Assembly (NCBI GenBank): GCA_963715865.1
Contig: OY970280.1
Location: forward strand, 1,280,001 to 1,344,000
Reading direction: 5' to 3'
From: Candidatus Bathyarchaeota archaeon
GTDB taxonomy: Archaea; Thermoproteota; Bathyarchaeia; Bathyarchaeales; Bathycorpusculaceae
DNA length: 64,000 nucleotides
Made by a program: the position numbers and the translations under genes. Under the pieces are notes generated by a model. It ran no database searches. It saw nothing but the letters and a program-made list of their open reading frames with translations, and was not told the DNA's origin. Positions 37,043-47,476 of the stretch are shown here, one piece after another (position 1 is the first letter of the stretch; each line of letters opens with the position of its first letter).

Positions 37043-37082
37043 GGCCTGCATCTTTAGCAGGACACCAATTCTTTTTTGTTTT
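37043..37082 (+). terminator. Hairpin plus T-run after GH5 copy 2
   Basis: CCTGC/GCAGG stem then CTTTTTTGTTTT. Confidence 0.5.
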
Positions 37083-37407
37083 GTAACCTTTCGACACAAC
37101 AAAATTCTGTTTAAAACATTTTTCATTATTCACTCAAACAATTTAAGTTGCGATTCGACCTCCTTCTGTTATCAAACTAATCCAAGGAGACCCGTTAAGA
37201 AGATGTTAACGTTAAGCCATTCAAATCGTATCGTTTTCAAAGTTTTCTTTTTTTAGAACTCCGAAAAAATACTTGCCCTCAATTCTGTTTTTCACATGCA
37301 TATGCATGCTTTTTGTGCCGGTTCTTTGAGAGGTTCACCGATTTTGCATAAAGAGGAAGTGCAACTTAGCATTGAACAATTTTCGAATTATGTGGACTGC
37401 GAATTAA

Positions 37408-38556
37408 TTACAATGCAGCTGTTAGAATAGTGTATAGCTTGTCACCGACTACTTCTGCTGTTCGCTTCGTGTATTCCTCGTAGCCGTTGCTCTGAAGTTT
37501 CTTGTAAAGTCCAGCATCATTGTATAGCTGATTTATATTTTCAACAAGATCACTATCAGTTTTGCTTACTAGTGCGTTTACGTTGCTAGATACATAATTG
37601 TCGTTATGGGTCATTACGATAGGAGTTTTCATACTCCAACAATCACCTATGAAGCCCCATCCACCTGTTCTGACAGGCGTATAAGCGAAAAAACTACTGG
37701 AAATAGCCCGAAGTGCGTCATTTCTTGAAACCTGAGGAATATAGCAGATCCGGTTACTGTATTTTTGTTTGAGCTTCTTTATTATGGCGGCGTGTGTGCC
37801 AGGGCCTATTATAACAAACTGCTTTGTGTTGGTTTTTTCAAGGATGAGAGGTAATGTCCACTTAAACTCTTGAGTGTTCTTAAAGGGGAATAGCGAACCC
37901 ACATAAATGCCTCGGGTTTTTTCCCTAATAGTTGAAGGCTCGAAGTCGCTGGGTACATAAGAAGGCCAAGGCAGATAAAATACAGGTTTTCCATTAGACA
38001 ATGAAGATAGAATTCTTTGATCTCTTGGATGACATGTAATTAAGACACCAGCTTTTTCGCAAAGCCAAAACCAAAATTTCTTGTTCCCTGAGGGCATACC
38101 GAAAAGGTTCATCAAAAACCTCGTTCTTGGACTATTGTTTGACGCTCCTGAAAAGATTCTTCCTGCATCCTCGACGAGTACTGCTATGGGCCTATCGAGA
38201 TATTTTTGGATCATAAGAGCTAATCTGATATTCATTTCTTGAGAACAGAATATCAAGTCAGGTCTTAGAGACTTCGCTATTTGTAAAACTTTCGCTGATT
38301 GCCTATGCGGAAAAAGAAACATTTCGTCGGAATTTCTGTACAGCCTATGTATGGGGACTCCATCCATATTTTCGTAGCGGGGAAGTTTTCCATGCCCTTT
38401 TAGACCCATGGACATGCTTGTTATCACTATAGGTTGTGCACCTTTGTCGTGGAGCCTAACTAGCATAGCTGCGTTGTCATTTGTGCCTTTGTTCATCCCA
38501 GGATACAAACATAGAATTCTCAAACTAACGCCGCCCACATAACAACTTGTATACAA
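37408..38556 (-). CDS. GT-B glycosyltransferase (GT4-like)
   Basis: YENMDGVPIHRL, IYVGSLFPFKN, C-terminal nucleotide-binding helix. Confidence 0.78.
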   Translation of the reverse strand: MYTSCYVGGVSLRILCLYPGMNKGTNDNAAMLVRLHDKGAQPIVITSMSMGLKGHGKLPRYENMDGVPIHRLYRNSDEMFLFPHRQSAKVLQIAKSLRPDLIFCSQEMNIRLALMIQKYLDRPIAVLVEDAGRIFSGASNNSPRTRFLMNLFGMPSGNKKFWFWLCEKAGVLITCHPRDQRILSSLSNGKPVFYLPWPSYVPSDFEPSTIREKTRGIYVGSLFPFKNTQEFKWTLPLILEKTNTKQFVIIGPGTHAAIIKKLKQKYSNRICYIPQVSRNDALRAISSSFFAYTPVRTGGWGFIGDCWSMKTPIVMTHNDNYVSSNVNALVSKTDSDLVENINQLYNDAGLYKKLQSNGYEEYTKRTAEVVGDKLYTILTAAL

Positions 38557-38814
38557 TTCATTCTTCAGTAGAGATTTGCCAAAGCGATTGGATTAATACA
38601 ATTTTTTTTAGAATTCGTGATAATCTTGAAAGATTGTGAATTTTGATGACCAGGCGGAACCCCAATAAACAGGCGAGTACGCGAATACGAGACGAATTTG
38701 TGGAATCAAAGCATCCATCAGTTGGCTATTCGAACTCAGAGATTGTTAATCTTTTTCTCTATTCTTCCTATTGATGAGTCTATGTTCTTATCTTGACTCT
38801 CATCGACTTATCGA

Positions 38815-40405
38815 TTATCGATTCTTAACAGCAAAAAATGATGGACCTGAGTTGTAAACGATATCGTAATTTGAATCTTGAGTAATGTTGAATTGCGAGA
38901 TGTTATCGCCTGCAAGGTTTTTTTCCAGACCGACCGAATACAGAATGGCGTCATATGAGTCAATGTTTCCTGGAAAGGTACCGTCCGCCTGAGTAACGAA
39001 AGTAGCATTGCTTCCGCTCCTAGTTGTCAAATAAAAAGCATCGGGCGTACTCGAAAGTATAGTGCTGCTGTTGCCTAAGTCGTAGTATTTAAAAATGAAG
39101 TCGGCAGTCTGATGAGCTTCAACTGTCTGGAATTGGATTCGGCCATCAATTGCAAGGTAAAATGATTGGTGCATAGGCATAAAAAGAAATAAGATAAGGG
39201 AAAATAGAAAAAGAGCTTTTACATAGGATTTAAACCTGCTTTCTAACAGCTTAGAAGCTCCCAACGACAAGGGGAGGAGTATTAGCGGAATTGCACGCTC
39301 GCTTAGGTTCGGAATCAAGAAGCCGATAGCAGTATAGATTACTCCCGTAAGAAATATCGCCTTATCAGTAGATCTAAGGTTTCGTTTAATGAAAAGGATT
39401 AGGAAACCTACGCCACACAACACGCCAGTAAAGATTACATCTAGACGACCCAACTGCTGCGCCATTGCATCTAGTGGAGATGGGGTAATACCCGCGGCGG
39501 TCTGGGTATAGAATTTTCCGAGGGCGTTGGAGCCCGGTTGGATATCTGTTAGCTCTGGAAGGTATCTGAGCTAGGAAAACTGTGTCTCGAGTCATTAGTA
39601 TAGTAAGATAGATCGCTGTAGCCAAAGCGAAGAGGATAGCATATTTTTTTTCTCTCCTGATTACAAGCATAATCAGAAGGTAAATGATAAAGAAAACAGG
39701 TACGTATACATGGGTAAATGTTACAATTGTGAACACTAATAGCTCCATTATCTGCACCTTAGCTCCTCGTTCCGTTGAAGCTTCTAGAGCAAACAAAAGC
39801 AGGAGGAGAGAGAAAGCAAAAGTATAAGGAACCCACTGCAAATTCAAGAAACTAAAAGCAATTACGAAAAAAGGCAATACCGCAAAGTACCCATTCTTCT
39901 TATTGAAGCTTGAAAAATAGACATACAATGAAGTGACAGAGATTATCACTGTTAACGTGAAAAGCAGAAACTCGGCCTGTGTCAAACTCAGGTTGAACAG
40001 CCACGTGACCAGCTTGTTCAATTCAAAATACACTGGCCATTGATAGTAAGAATGATATGGTATTGAAGGCTTTAGATCTCCGGTAGATAGGAAGTATTCT
40101 GACAACCCTCTAAAATAATGGGAATCAGAGCCCGGCATCAGGGCGTAAAAATAAGTGAGCGATATCATACTTAATACAATCCCCAAGACACATGCCCAAG
40201 TCAAAACTTTGCGCCTATTGGAAGTAGCGAAGAAATAAAGAGAAACAATGACTATAGGTAAACCAATCCAATAAAATATCGAAAGATGATTAAAAATATA
40301 ATCTTGTGTCGATGTGACTGACAAAGGAAAACTTACTATCCAAGAATATGCCATCAAAAATAGCCCGCAAACCAAGGAAAAAAGCGGAAAGATATATCGA
40401 CGCAT
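38815..40405 (-). pseudogene. About 530-aa multi-TM membrane protein (polymerase/GT-C-like candidate) split by a +1 frameshift near 39556-39570
   Basis: ORFs 39386..40405 and 38815..39465 join as ...VFLAQI/PELTDIQPGSNALGKFY...; span is 3x530+1 nt; early GSDSHY motif. Confidence 0.7.
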
Positions 40406-40427
40406 AATGTTTCACCTAATTTTTTTC

Positions 40428-41651
40428 TCACAATTTTCTTAGATAATTCTCGAGCTTTTCGGAAACTTTCGCCCAAGTATATTCATTTTCTATGAGGAAT
40501 CGTCCTTTAGCTCCCCAATCTTGCAGCCTTTCCTTGTTATCATACGCAAATACAATAGATCTAGCTATGTCATCGGGCCGAGTTGATGGTGAGTAAACTC
40601 CACATTCGCTGTCGCCTACAATTTCTCGATGACAAGGGATATCTGTCAAAATGACAACTTTCTTCATGGCAAGATACTCAAGAAGTTTAAGTGGACACTG
40701 ATTTCTCCACTGCGGTAGATTAGGAAGTGGGATTATTCCAACATCGCACATCGCAACATATTTCGGAACTTGCCTGAAGTTTACTGGTTCATGCACGATT
40801 ATTCTATTCTCGAGTCCGTTATCTCGAATGAGTTCTTTCATATCTTTCAATGTCTGCCTCGAGCCTGTGCCCAAGAGAAACAGGGTTATTGCAGAGTTAC
40901 TATCTTTTAACAGCGATATAGCGTTCATAGTGTCTATCAATCCCCTGCTTTGAGTGAATCCACCATGGTAGCAGATCAAGAATTTGTCGATAAAGCCTAA
41001 TTCTTTTCTGAGTTCTAACGCTTTGCCTGCAAATTTCTCATAATCGAAAAGTTTTGTTGATACCCCACTTGACCATACGCCCACCCATTTTGGGTCGATT
41101 TTAAACTCGTTGCAAATCTCCTTTTTCATCAAGTCTGTTATGATGGTCATTCCATCCAGTTTTTTCTTGGCTATTTCAACGGCAACGTAGAAGGAGAGAT
41201 CTATCAGACGTTGAATTATTGCCACTTTACTCTCTGAATTCAGGACCGGTGTTGGAGTACTCCGTATATCAAGAATGATTTTTGATTTGAGCAAACGGTA
41301 AAGTGGAAGAGTCGGCAAAAGACCGTAAATGCTATCTGGGTCAACGACAACGAAAAGCGGCTTTATCTTTATGAGAAAATAGATATAGTAAAAGAATTGC
41401 ACGAAGGTGAAAATAAAGCGCGAAACGAAAGGCAGATTCTTTCCTACGGGTACGGAGAACACGTGAATTCTTGGATTTTGGAAAATGCTTGTTTTCTGCT
41501 TAGAATGAGCAGAAACAAAGAATACTTCATAACCATGTTCTGCCAGTTGCTGTAAAATTCCAATCTCCGTCGTTTTATGCAGATGGACATCTAGAAGGAT
41601 GTCCCTTGCCCAGACGATTCTCATTTCGCTGTGGTTTTTGTTTCTTCCCAT
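40428..41651 (-). CDS. Glycosyltransferase family 4
   Basis: YHGGFTQSRG, CDVGIIP, PLKLLEYLAMKKVV. Confidence 0.9.
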   Translation of the reverse strand: MGRNKNHSEMRIVWARDILLDVHLHKTTEIGILQQLAEHGYEVFFVSAHSKQKTSIFQNPRIHVFSVPVGKNLPFVSRFIFTFVQFFYYIYFLIKIKPLFVVVDPDSIYGLLPTLPLYRLLKSKIILDIRSTPTPVLNSESKVAIIQRLIDLSFYVAVEIAKKKLDGMTIITDLMKKEICNEFKIDPKWVGVWSSGVSTKLFDYEKFAGKALELRKELGFIDKFLICYHGGFTQSRGLIDTMNAISLLKDSNSAITLFLLGTGSRQTLKDMKELIRDNGLENRIIVHEPVNFRQVPKYVAMCDVGIIPLPNLPQWRNQCPLKLLEYLAMKKVVILTDIPCHREIVGDSECGVYSPSTRPDDIARSIVFAYDNKERLQDWGAKGRFLIENEYTWAKVSEKLENYLRKL

Positions 41652-41984
41652 ATTCGCAAGTCCGAACGATTGGTAATCTCAAGATAATTTGAATTTGATA
41701 TTGCCATCGCAGGCGTTAATTCAGAAGAAACTTTGTTAAGAGAAGTCGCCAAGAACAGTTCCTGTTGCAGGACATTATAAGCAATTTTCCCGATAGTCGA
41801 GACACTATAACAAGAAGACGTATAGCTCGTTACAGTAATCTTGCAAGAATAGTATGGCATAGCGCGAACCGACGGGATAATAGTTTGAACTTTGTTTCGT
41901 TCTCGGGGCTCAATCAATGAATGACAAAAAGCGAGTCCTAATCGAATGAAAGATAAATGAAACGATCTCAAACAGATGGAACAT

Positions 41985-42644
41985 TTAGCAAGTGACTTTT
42001 AAGTACTCCATTATGCCCAAGTGTACGCTGTCAAAAGAAAGTTCCGCGTCAAAAGTTTTGATTTTCAAGTAGCTGCTAATTATCTGATAATTATCTCTTC
42101 TGACACGGAGAAACCTTTCGTCCGGGACATCGTTCCTTCTGGCAAAAGCAGTTTGGGCGTTAACATTCAGGCGAATAATAAAAACAAAGCTCGGTTTCAA
42201 AGCGAGGATAAGTCTACCTATCCTTTTTCTGTAAAGCTCTTTATCGCCCACATCAGCCGTTAATTCAACAAGCGCATCGTGAACGAAGCGGTCGCAAACA
42301 ACCGTTGTGCCCCGCCAAACAGGCACACACACACGAAATAACACTAGGACAAACAGATCAAACAGTTGTATCCAGGGCCACACTGACGCCAAAGCCTTGT
42401 TTTTGTAATATTGATGTTCTTGGCACACAATCCTGTTCGGCAACGTATGGTTCTTGGTGTATCCAAGTTTGTTGCATAGAAACATGAAAGGATAAGAGAG
42501 CAGGTAAGGTTGACCGAACCAAGCGTAGCGGCAATTTTTTCCTTTAACTCGAAGTTCCTCTATAATTTTCGTGGCATGCGCAGTTTTTCCAGTTCCGTCC
42601 CCGCCGACTAAACAGATTGCTTTGGGAAAATTGTTTTCCTGCAT
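41985..42644 (-). CDS. Thymidylate-kinase-like P-loop kinase
   Basis: GGDGTGKT Walker A, VVCDRF, LNV..QTAFARR lid. Confidence 0.8.
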   Translation of the reverse strand: MQENNFPKAICLVGGDGTGKTAHATKIIEELRVKGKNCRYAWFGQPYLLSYPFMFLCNKLGYTKNHTLPNRIVCQEHQYYKNKALASVWPWIQLFDLFVLVLFRVCVPVWRGTTVVCDRFVHDALVELTADVGDKELYRKRIGRLILALKPSFVFIIRLNVNAQTAFARRNDVPDERFLRVRRDNYQIISSYLKIKTFDAELSFDSVHLGIMEYLKVTC

Positions 42645-42666
42645 TGTTTAGCCTTCAACCGTTGTC

Positions 42667-43722
42667 CTATATTTCAATGTAACCAATGACTCTTCGCCGC
42701 AAGATATCAGAAAGAACATAATCGACATGTCGAGATTTTTGATAGAAAGAAAAGTGCGGGTTCCAGAAAACTTTTCGCAGGAAAAACAGGGCTGAAACTC
42801 CGTATGGAATGTTAAATTTTCCAAGTGAATCAAAGGTTACGGTTTTAAGAGCCAACTGGGCTTGCTTAGAAATATCAGGTTTGTCTAATTCTGGAAAAGC
42901 TTTTCGTCCAAAGCAGCAGGCGCTCATGCGGTTGAGAAGTCGCAGGTTAAGGGCAAAAGCGTCGCTCCATCCTAGTTCTGCAGCTTCATTAAACATGTAA
43001 TCCCAGTCTGGCTCCCGCTCCCTTGAAAGCTCCCACAGCTTGAGCAGGTCGTAAACCTTGATTTCATGGTCTTCAAAAAAATAATGCGCTACGGTGATGA
43101 GTATTGAGTCTTCAATCGATGGAACTAAAGTTCCTGTTTCTTTGTTGATGAAGGGGCGGGCCCGTTTTCTGAGTTTTTTGGCATCTACAAATTCCGCCGC
43201 TTCCCATTCCACCCTTGTGTGTATGTGCAGCGGTAAATTTTTTGGTGTGGCTATTTTTCTGTACAGGAATTTGTGGGGTTCTCTGGTTATGGGAAGTTCT
43301 TGGTAGCCTTCATCTCTGAGTATTCTGTCGCATATAGCTAACTTGTCGGGTTCTATGAGACAATCAAAGTTACTGCTTTCGTGAGGAAACTCGCCGGCTG
43401 ATTTGATTAAAAGCAGATGCACTTCTTCTCTTGCTAGTAGCTTACTTATTTTTAGAAATTCGTTAAGTTCGCTTATTTGGCGGCTTTTTAGTTCTTCGTT
43501 TAGCTTCTTCAATTTTGGATACGCTGACAGGAATCTCTCTGCAAAGTTAGGTTGGGAATCAAGTTTCTTGCTGAATTTGCTGAATACTTTGCTTTTTTTT
43601 AGAATTTGGATAAGCTTTTGTTCATCTAACCCTGTGAACACTTCTTCCTTAGGTTCACTGAAGTGCAAGAAAGGGTTTAACGTTTGGAGAATAAATTTCA
43701 GTTCTCTGCTTTTTTTGTCCAA
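42667..43722 (-). CDS. Nucleotidyltransferase-family protein (NTP_transf_5-like)
   Basis: LLLIKS, SSNFDCLI, LHIH, PSIEDSILITVAH, YDL, PDW pattern. Confidence 0.7.
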   Translation of the reverse strand: MDKKSRELKFILQTLNPFLHFSEPKEEVFTGLDEQKLIQILKKSKVFSKFSKKLDSQPNFAERFLSAYPKLKKLNEELKSRQISELNEFLKISKLLAREEVHLLLIKSAGEFPHESSNFDCLIEPDKLAICDRILRDEGYQELPITREPHKFLYRKIATPKNLPLHIHTRVEWEAAEFVDAKKLRKRARPFINKETGTLVPSIEDSILITVAHYFFEDHEIKVYDLLKLWELSREREPDWDYMFNEAAELGWSDAFALNLRLLNRMSACCFGRKAFPELDKPDISKQAQLALKTVTFDSLGKFNIPYGVSALFFLRKVFWNPHFSFYQKSRHVDYVLSDILRRRVIGYIEI

Positions 43723-43780
43723 AATTGTACCTCATTATTAAAAATGGCTGTTAAAGCAAGCGTTCGGCAGACATCAGGTT

Positions 43781-45022
43781 TTATTTTGCTTCTGAAACTG
43801 CTGTTGCGAGCACTTGCACAAACTGTTCAGCTACATCATCCCAATCAGGAAGTGAGTTCGCGAAGAGCTGGGCGTTCCTTCCAAAAACGGCGACCATCTT
43901 CGGGTTCCTTGCAAGAAACGAAATTGCTTCGGCTAACTTATCGACATTTCCAGGTTCAACCAGAATGCCTCGGTTTTTTCCAATGATCTCACGCAAACCG
44001 CCCAGATTAGTAGTTATGACGGTTTTGCCTAACCTCATAACCTCGAAAAGTGACAATGGCGGTTCACTTGAAACCAACCTGAAGGGAAGCACGACAGCAT
44101 CGGAAGCCTGCAAATATTGTTGCATTAAGGTTTTATCAAGGAAGCCGGGGATTATATCAAGGTGGTTATCTACTTTCAGTTTTTTAGCGAGTTTCTGGAG
44201 ATATTCTTCTTCCATTCTAAAATATTCTTGACCTCGAGAAGTGTCGCCTATGACGCGTCTGGAAAAAACCAGCAGTCTTACGTTTTTGTTTTCCTTGAGG
44301 ATTTTTCGCATGCTGATGATGGCAACGTCTGGTCCTCTGAGCAAGTGGGGCGCACCGAAATAGGTTATGATGAATTCGGTGGTTTTTAATCCCAGTTTTG
44401 CCCGGAGGTATTTCGGATTATTTGGATTGGTTTGAGCGATTTCCTTCGCTTCTATAGTTGAGGGAATTATCACTAATTTTTCCGCGATTACTCCTTTTTT
44501 GCATAATACGCTTTTGAGGTAGATGTTAGGCACAATGATTTTGCTGACAAATAATGAGTTAGCAACTGTTGCGATGATGAGTCGGCAATATGTGGCTGCA
44601 ATCAAGTAAGTGTAAAGCTGGTTGATTGGATTAAGAATTTCTTTTAGCGGAATTCGACTAAGAAATCTGAGATCGTACAAGTCAGTGTCGATGTCCCAGA
44701 TTAACGGTTTACCAAGCAACTTAAATCGTGTCAAGTAAATTGCGCTAAAAGGGGAGCCATACCAGACAACGACATCAGGGTTGGTTTTCAGTATGACTGA
44801 TATGAGATTTTTTACGTTTAGAAACGGTGCGAGCATTAGTTTGCTTATTCGGACTATTCTTATGTTTTCAATGTATTCTTGTTTTTCTGAATATCCATCT
44901 GTTATGATTGTAACGGAATTGTCTTTGGACAACATTCTTTTTGAAAGTTCGTAAAGTCGCCGCCAAGGCTGAAGACGAATGGATGAACTGTCAAATCCGT
45001 CACAGATTATTGTTGCATTCAA
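43781..45022 (-). CDS. Glycosyltransferase family 4
   Basis: SDAVVLPF, EPPLSLFEVMRLGKTVITTNLGG. Confidence 0.9.
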   Translation of the reverse strand: MNATIICDGFDSSSIRLQPWRRLYELSKRMLSKDNSVTIITDGYSEKQEYIENIRIVRISKLMLAPFLNVKNLISVILKTNPDVVVWYGSPFSAIYLTRFKLLGKPLIWDIDTDLYDLRFLSRIPLKEILNPINQLYTYLIAATYCRLIIATVANSLFVSKIIVPNIYLKSVLCKKGVIAEKLVIIPSTIEAKEIAQTNPNNPKYLRAKLGLKTTEFIITYFGAPHLLRGPDVAIISMRKILKENKNVRLLVFSRRVIGDTSRGQEYFRMEEEYLQKLAKKLKVDNHLDIIPGFLDKTLMQQYLQASDAVVLPFRLVSSEPPLSLFEVMRLGKTVITTNLGGLREIIGKNRGILVEPGNVDKLAEAISFLARNPKMVAVFGRNAQLFANSLPDWDDVAEQFVQVLATAVSEAK

Positions 45023-45065
45023 TTGAACTCAATTCCAGTGATTTCTGGTTTATAGCTAAAGCTTT

Positions 45066-46262
45066 TCATGCATGTAAGCTGGAAAACTCCCTTGCATCCT
45101 CATACATTTTAAGATACTGATCAATTAGTGTGTCCCAATTGTGCTTTCTCTTCACAGACGCATAGCCATTTTCAGCTATCTGAGCGGACAATTTTTCGTC
45201 GGAGAAGAGCAGACGAATTTTCTCAGCTAGATCCTTTACGTTTTTCTTTTCTGCGAGCAATCCATTGTGCATGTGACGGATGACTTCTTGCGAAAATGGG
45301 TAGTCGAAAGCTACCACAGGTTTCCGCAGCGCCATGCCTTCGAGCACAGCGACGGATTGAGCTTCAGCCATGCTTGGTGCGACAACAACCTCAGTTTCTT
45401 TAATTCTTTTCCAAAGTTCCTTGCGAGGGGCAAACCTTCTAATTTCCACATTCTCCGTTAGTCCAAAGTTGGATACAAGCTGGTCTATTTTGCTCCTGTA
45501 GGGTCCGTCTCCAAAAATTCTCAGCTGTATGTCTGGAAAATCTTCTTTCAGATTTGCCACGGCTTCAATAAGCAAGCCAACGCCTTTAATCCAAAAAAGA
45601 CGACCATAGAAAATAATCGAATGCCGCCTCACAGGTTCAGTTGGTGTAATTGAATCCATCCCTTCAAAATCGATTGCGTTCGGAATAACGGTAACTTTCG
45701 CTAAATCCAAATAGGGAAAAAGTCGCTCCAACTCAGCCACGGTGCCGAAGTTGCAGACAGCGATTCTGCTGGATGCACGCAGGCAACTATTAAACAGCGA
45801 CGTATGCAATGGATATCCCAAGAATCTGAAGCCTATGTCACCAAAATTCCAAGCTGAAAAAGGTGAACTTATTATTTTTTTCAGAGGATACAAATAAGTA
45901 CCGTGAATAGACATAACAACAGGTATACCGAATTTTTTCCCAAGATAAGCCGTTGATGCTCCAGCTTCAGGATTGACAATATGTAAGACAGAAAAATTTC
46001 TGAATATTCTTTGGAAGAGCTTCAGGTTTTGAAGCTGAAACCATAAGAAACGAGGCGGGTAATCAAAACATGGCAATCGTATAACTTTCAAGTAGTTATT
46101 GACTCTCTCCACTTCCAAACGTTTTGCCCTTCCGCAAAGAACCGTGGTAGAAATTCCCCTTTTAGAAAGGGCACAGGCTAGGTCATGGCAGACTGAAGCG
46201 ACACCTCCAAATGCAAAAGGCGGAAACTCTTCTGAAATTAAAGCAACTTCAAACGACGGCAA
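45066..46262 (-). CDS. Glycosyltransferase family 4
   Basis: EFPPFAFGG, YGRLFWIKG, EAQSVAVLEGMALRKPVV. Confidence 0.92.
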   Translation of the reverse strand: MPSFEVALISEEFPPFAFGGVASVCHDLACALSKRGISTTVLCGRAKRLEVERVNNYLKVIRLPCFDYPPRFLWFQLQNLKLFQRIFRNFSVLHIVNPEAGASTAYLGKKFGIPVVMSIHGTYLYPLKKIISSPFSAWNFGDIGFRFLGYPLHTSLFNSCLRASSRIAVCNFGTVAELERLFPYLDLAKVTVIPNAIDFEGMDSITPTEPVRRHSIIFYGRLFWIKGVGLLIEAVANLKEDFPDIQLRIFGDGPYRSKIDQLVSNFGLTENVEIRRFAPRKELWKRIKETEVVVAPSMAEAQSVAVLEGMALRKPVVAFDYPFSQEVIRHMHNGLLAEKKNVKDLAEKIRLLFSDEKLSAQIAENGYASVKRKHNWDTLIDQYLKMYEDAREFSSLHA

Positions 46263-46279
46263 AATAAATCACAACTCAA

Positions 46280-47470
46280 CTATTTTTTTAGATTCGCAAG
46301 CAGAATTTTTTCCAGTTTTTCTGCAAGTATATTCACATCATGGTTCTGTGCAAACTGTTTAGCTTTGTGAGATAGTCTTAGCCACTTATCATAATCGGTA
46401 AGTAAAATAGAAGTAGTTTTTGCAAGTCCTTCGGCGTCGTGGAAAAAGAGTACATGCTCGTTGTGAAGAGACATGACTTCTGGAAGAGGCGTTGACAGAA
46501 TTGGCTTTCCGTGGGCTGAGTACACGAACAGTTTCTCAGGCAAACGGATTACTGCACTGTAAAAATCAGTCCGGTATGGCATGATGCAGCAGCTTGCCTT
46601 ATCCAGATATCGAACGAGCTCATCATCTGAAACATAGCCTGTAATCTTAACATTGTCCTCTAATTCTTCTTTTTCAATGAAGCTTTCGATTGATTTTTTG
46701 AACTCCTGATTTCTCCACGAACCTATTATCACAAATTTTATTCCTGGGAACTTCACGGACAAAATTTTAACTGCCTTAAGCGGGGTAATAAGATCAAGCC
46801 AATCATCGATGACACCCATCACAATTAATGTTGGCGACAAGTTGCCGTCAGTTTGCTCTAAATTTAATTGATTCGATAGGCTCCTGTGCCTGGTGTGTTT
46901 AACAACATCCACGGAGTTGCTTAAAAAAAAGCACGGTTTTTGGCTATCAATCAAGTGAACGTTGTTGATAAACGATTGGCAGACTGATAGACAAATGTGG
47001 GCCGCTTTGATGTTCAGGTTGTTTATGGCGAGGGTAACCGCCTCAACGACTTTTCTCACTATGGGAGAGGATTTTTCATAGTAAATTGAAGCGGATTCTG
47101 GAAAATAGTCCGAATAATCAAAAACTTTCAAAACCGAGTTTCCTGAAACTAAGAAACTGATTAATCCGCTGAAAATGTTCTCATTTATGACAACATTAAT
47201 TTTGAATTTTCTAATGGCTTTAAACATTGAAGGGGCTTGAAATAGCGCGTTGAAGGTGAAGAATAAGGCTGCATCACGAAACGGGAGCGTCTTGGATTTA
47301 ACCAAAACAACCTTCTTTGGCACTCTTCGAACAGGCTCGTTTTTGTACAGATCAAAATTCCAAGCATAGATTTTATGACCTTTTTCTGCAAGACTTTCAG
47401 CAATATAATTGATATGACCGTGGCCGGGCGCTCTCACCCAGTCGTTTGTAGGAATGATAAGAATATTCAA
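46280..47470 (-). CDS. Glycosyltransferase family 4
   Basis: MGVIDDW, CIMPY, LPEKLFVYSAHGKPILST. Confidence 0.88.
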   Translation of the reverse strand: MNILIIPTNDWVRAPGHGHINYIAESLAEKGHKIYAWNFDLYKNEPVRRVPKKVVLVKSKTLPFRDAALFFTFNALFQAPSMFKAIRKFKINVVINENIFSGLISFLVSGNSVLKVFDYSDYFPESASIYYEKSSPIVRKVVEAVTLAINNLNIKAAHICLSVCQSFINNVHLIDSQKPCFFLSNSVDVVKHTRHRSLSNQLNLEQTDGNLSPTLIVMGVIDDWLDLITPLKAVKILSVKFPGIKFVIIGSWRNQEFKKSIESFIEKEELEDNVKITGYVSDDELVRYLDKASCCIMPYRTDFYSAVIRLPEKLFVYSAHGKPILSTPLPEVMSLHNEHVLFFHDAEGLAKTTSILLTDYDKWLRLSHKAKQFAQNHDVNILAEKLEKILLANLKK

Positions 47471-47476
47471 GCAACT

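Noticed and set aside
41621-41971. 116-aa ORF between kinase and GT4
   Set aside because: TTG start without SD, no protein-like motif, overlaps the next gene; may be spacer or decay
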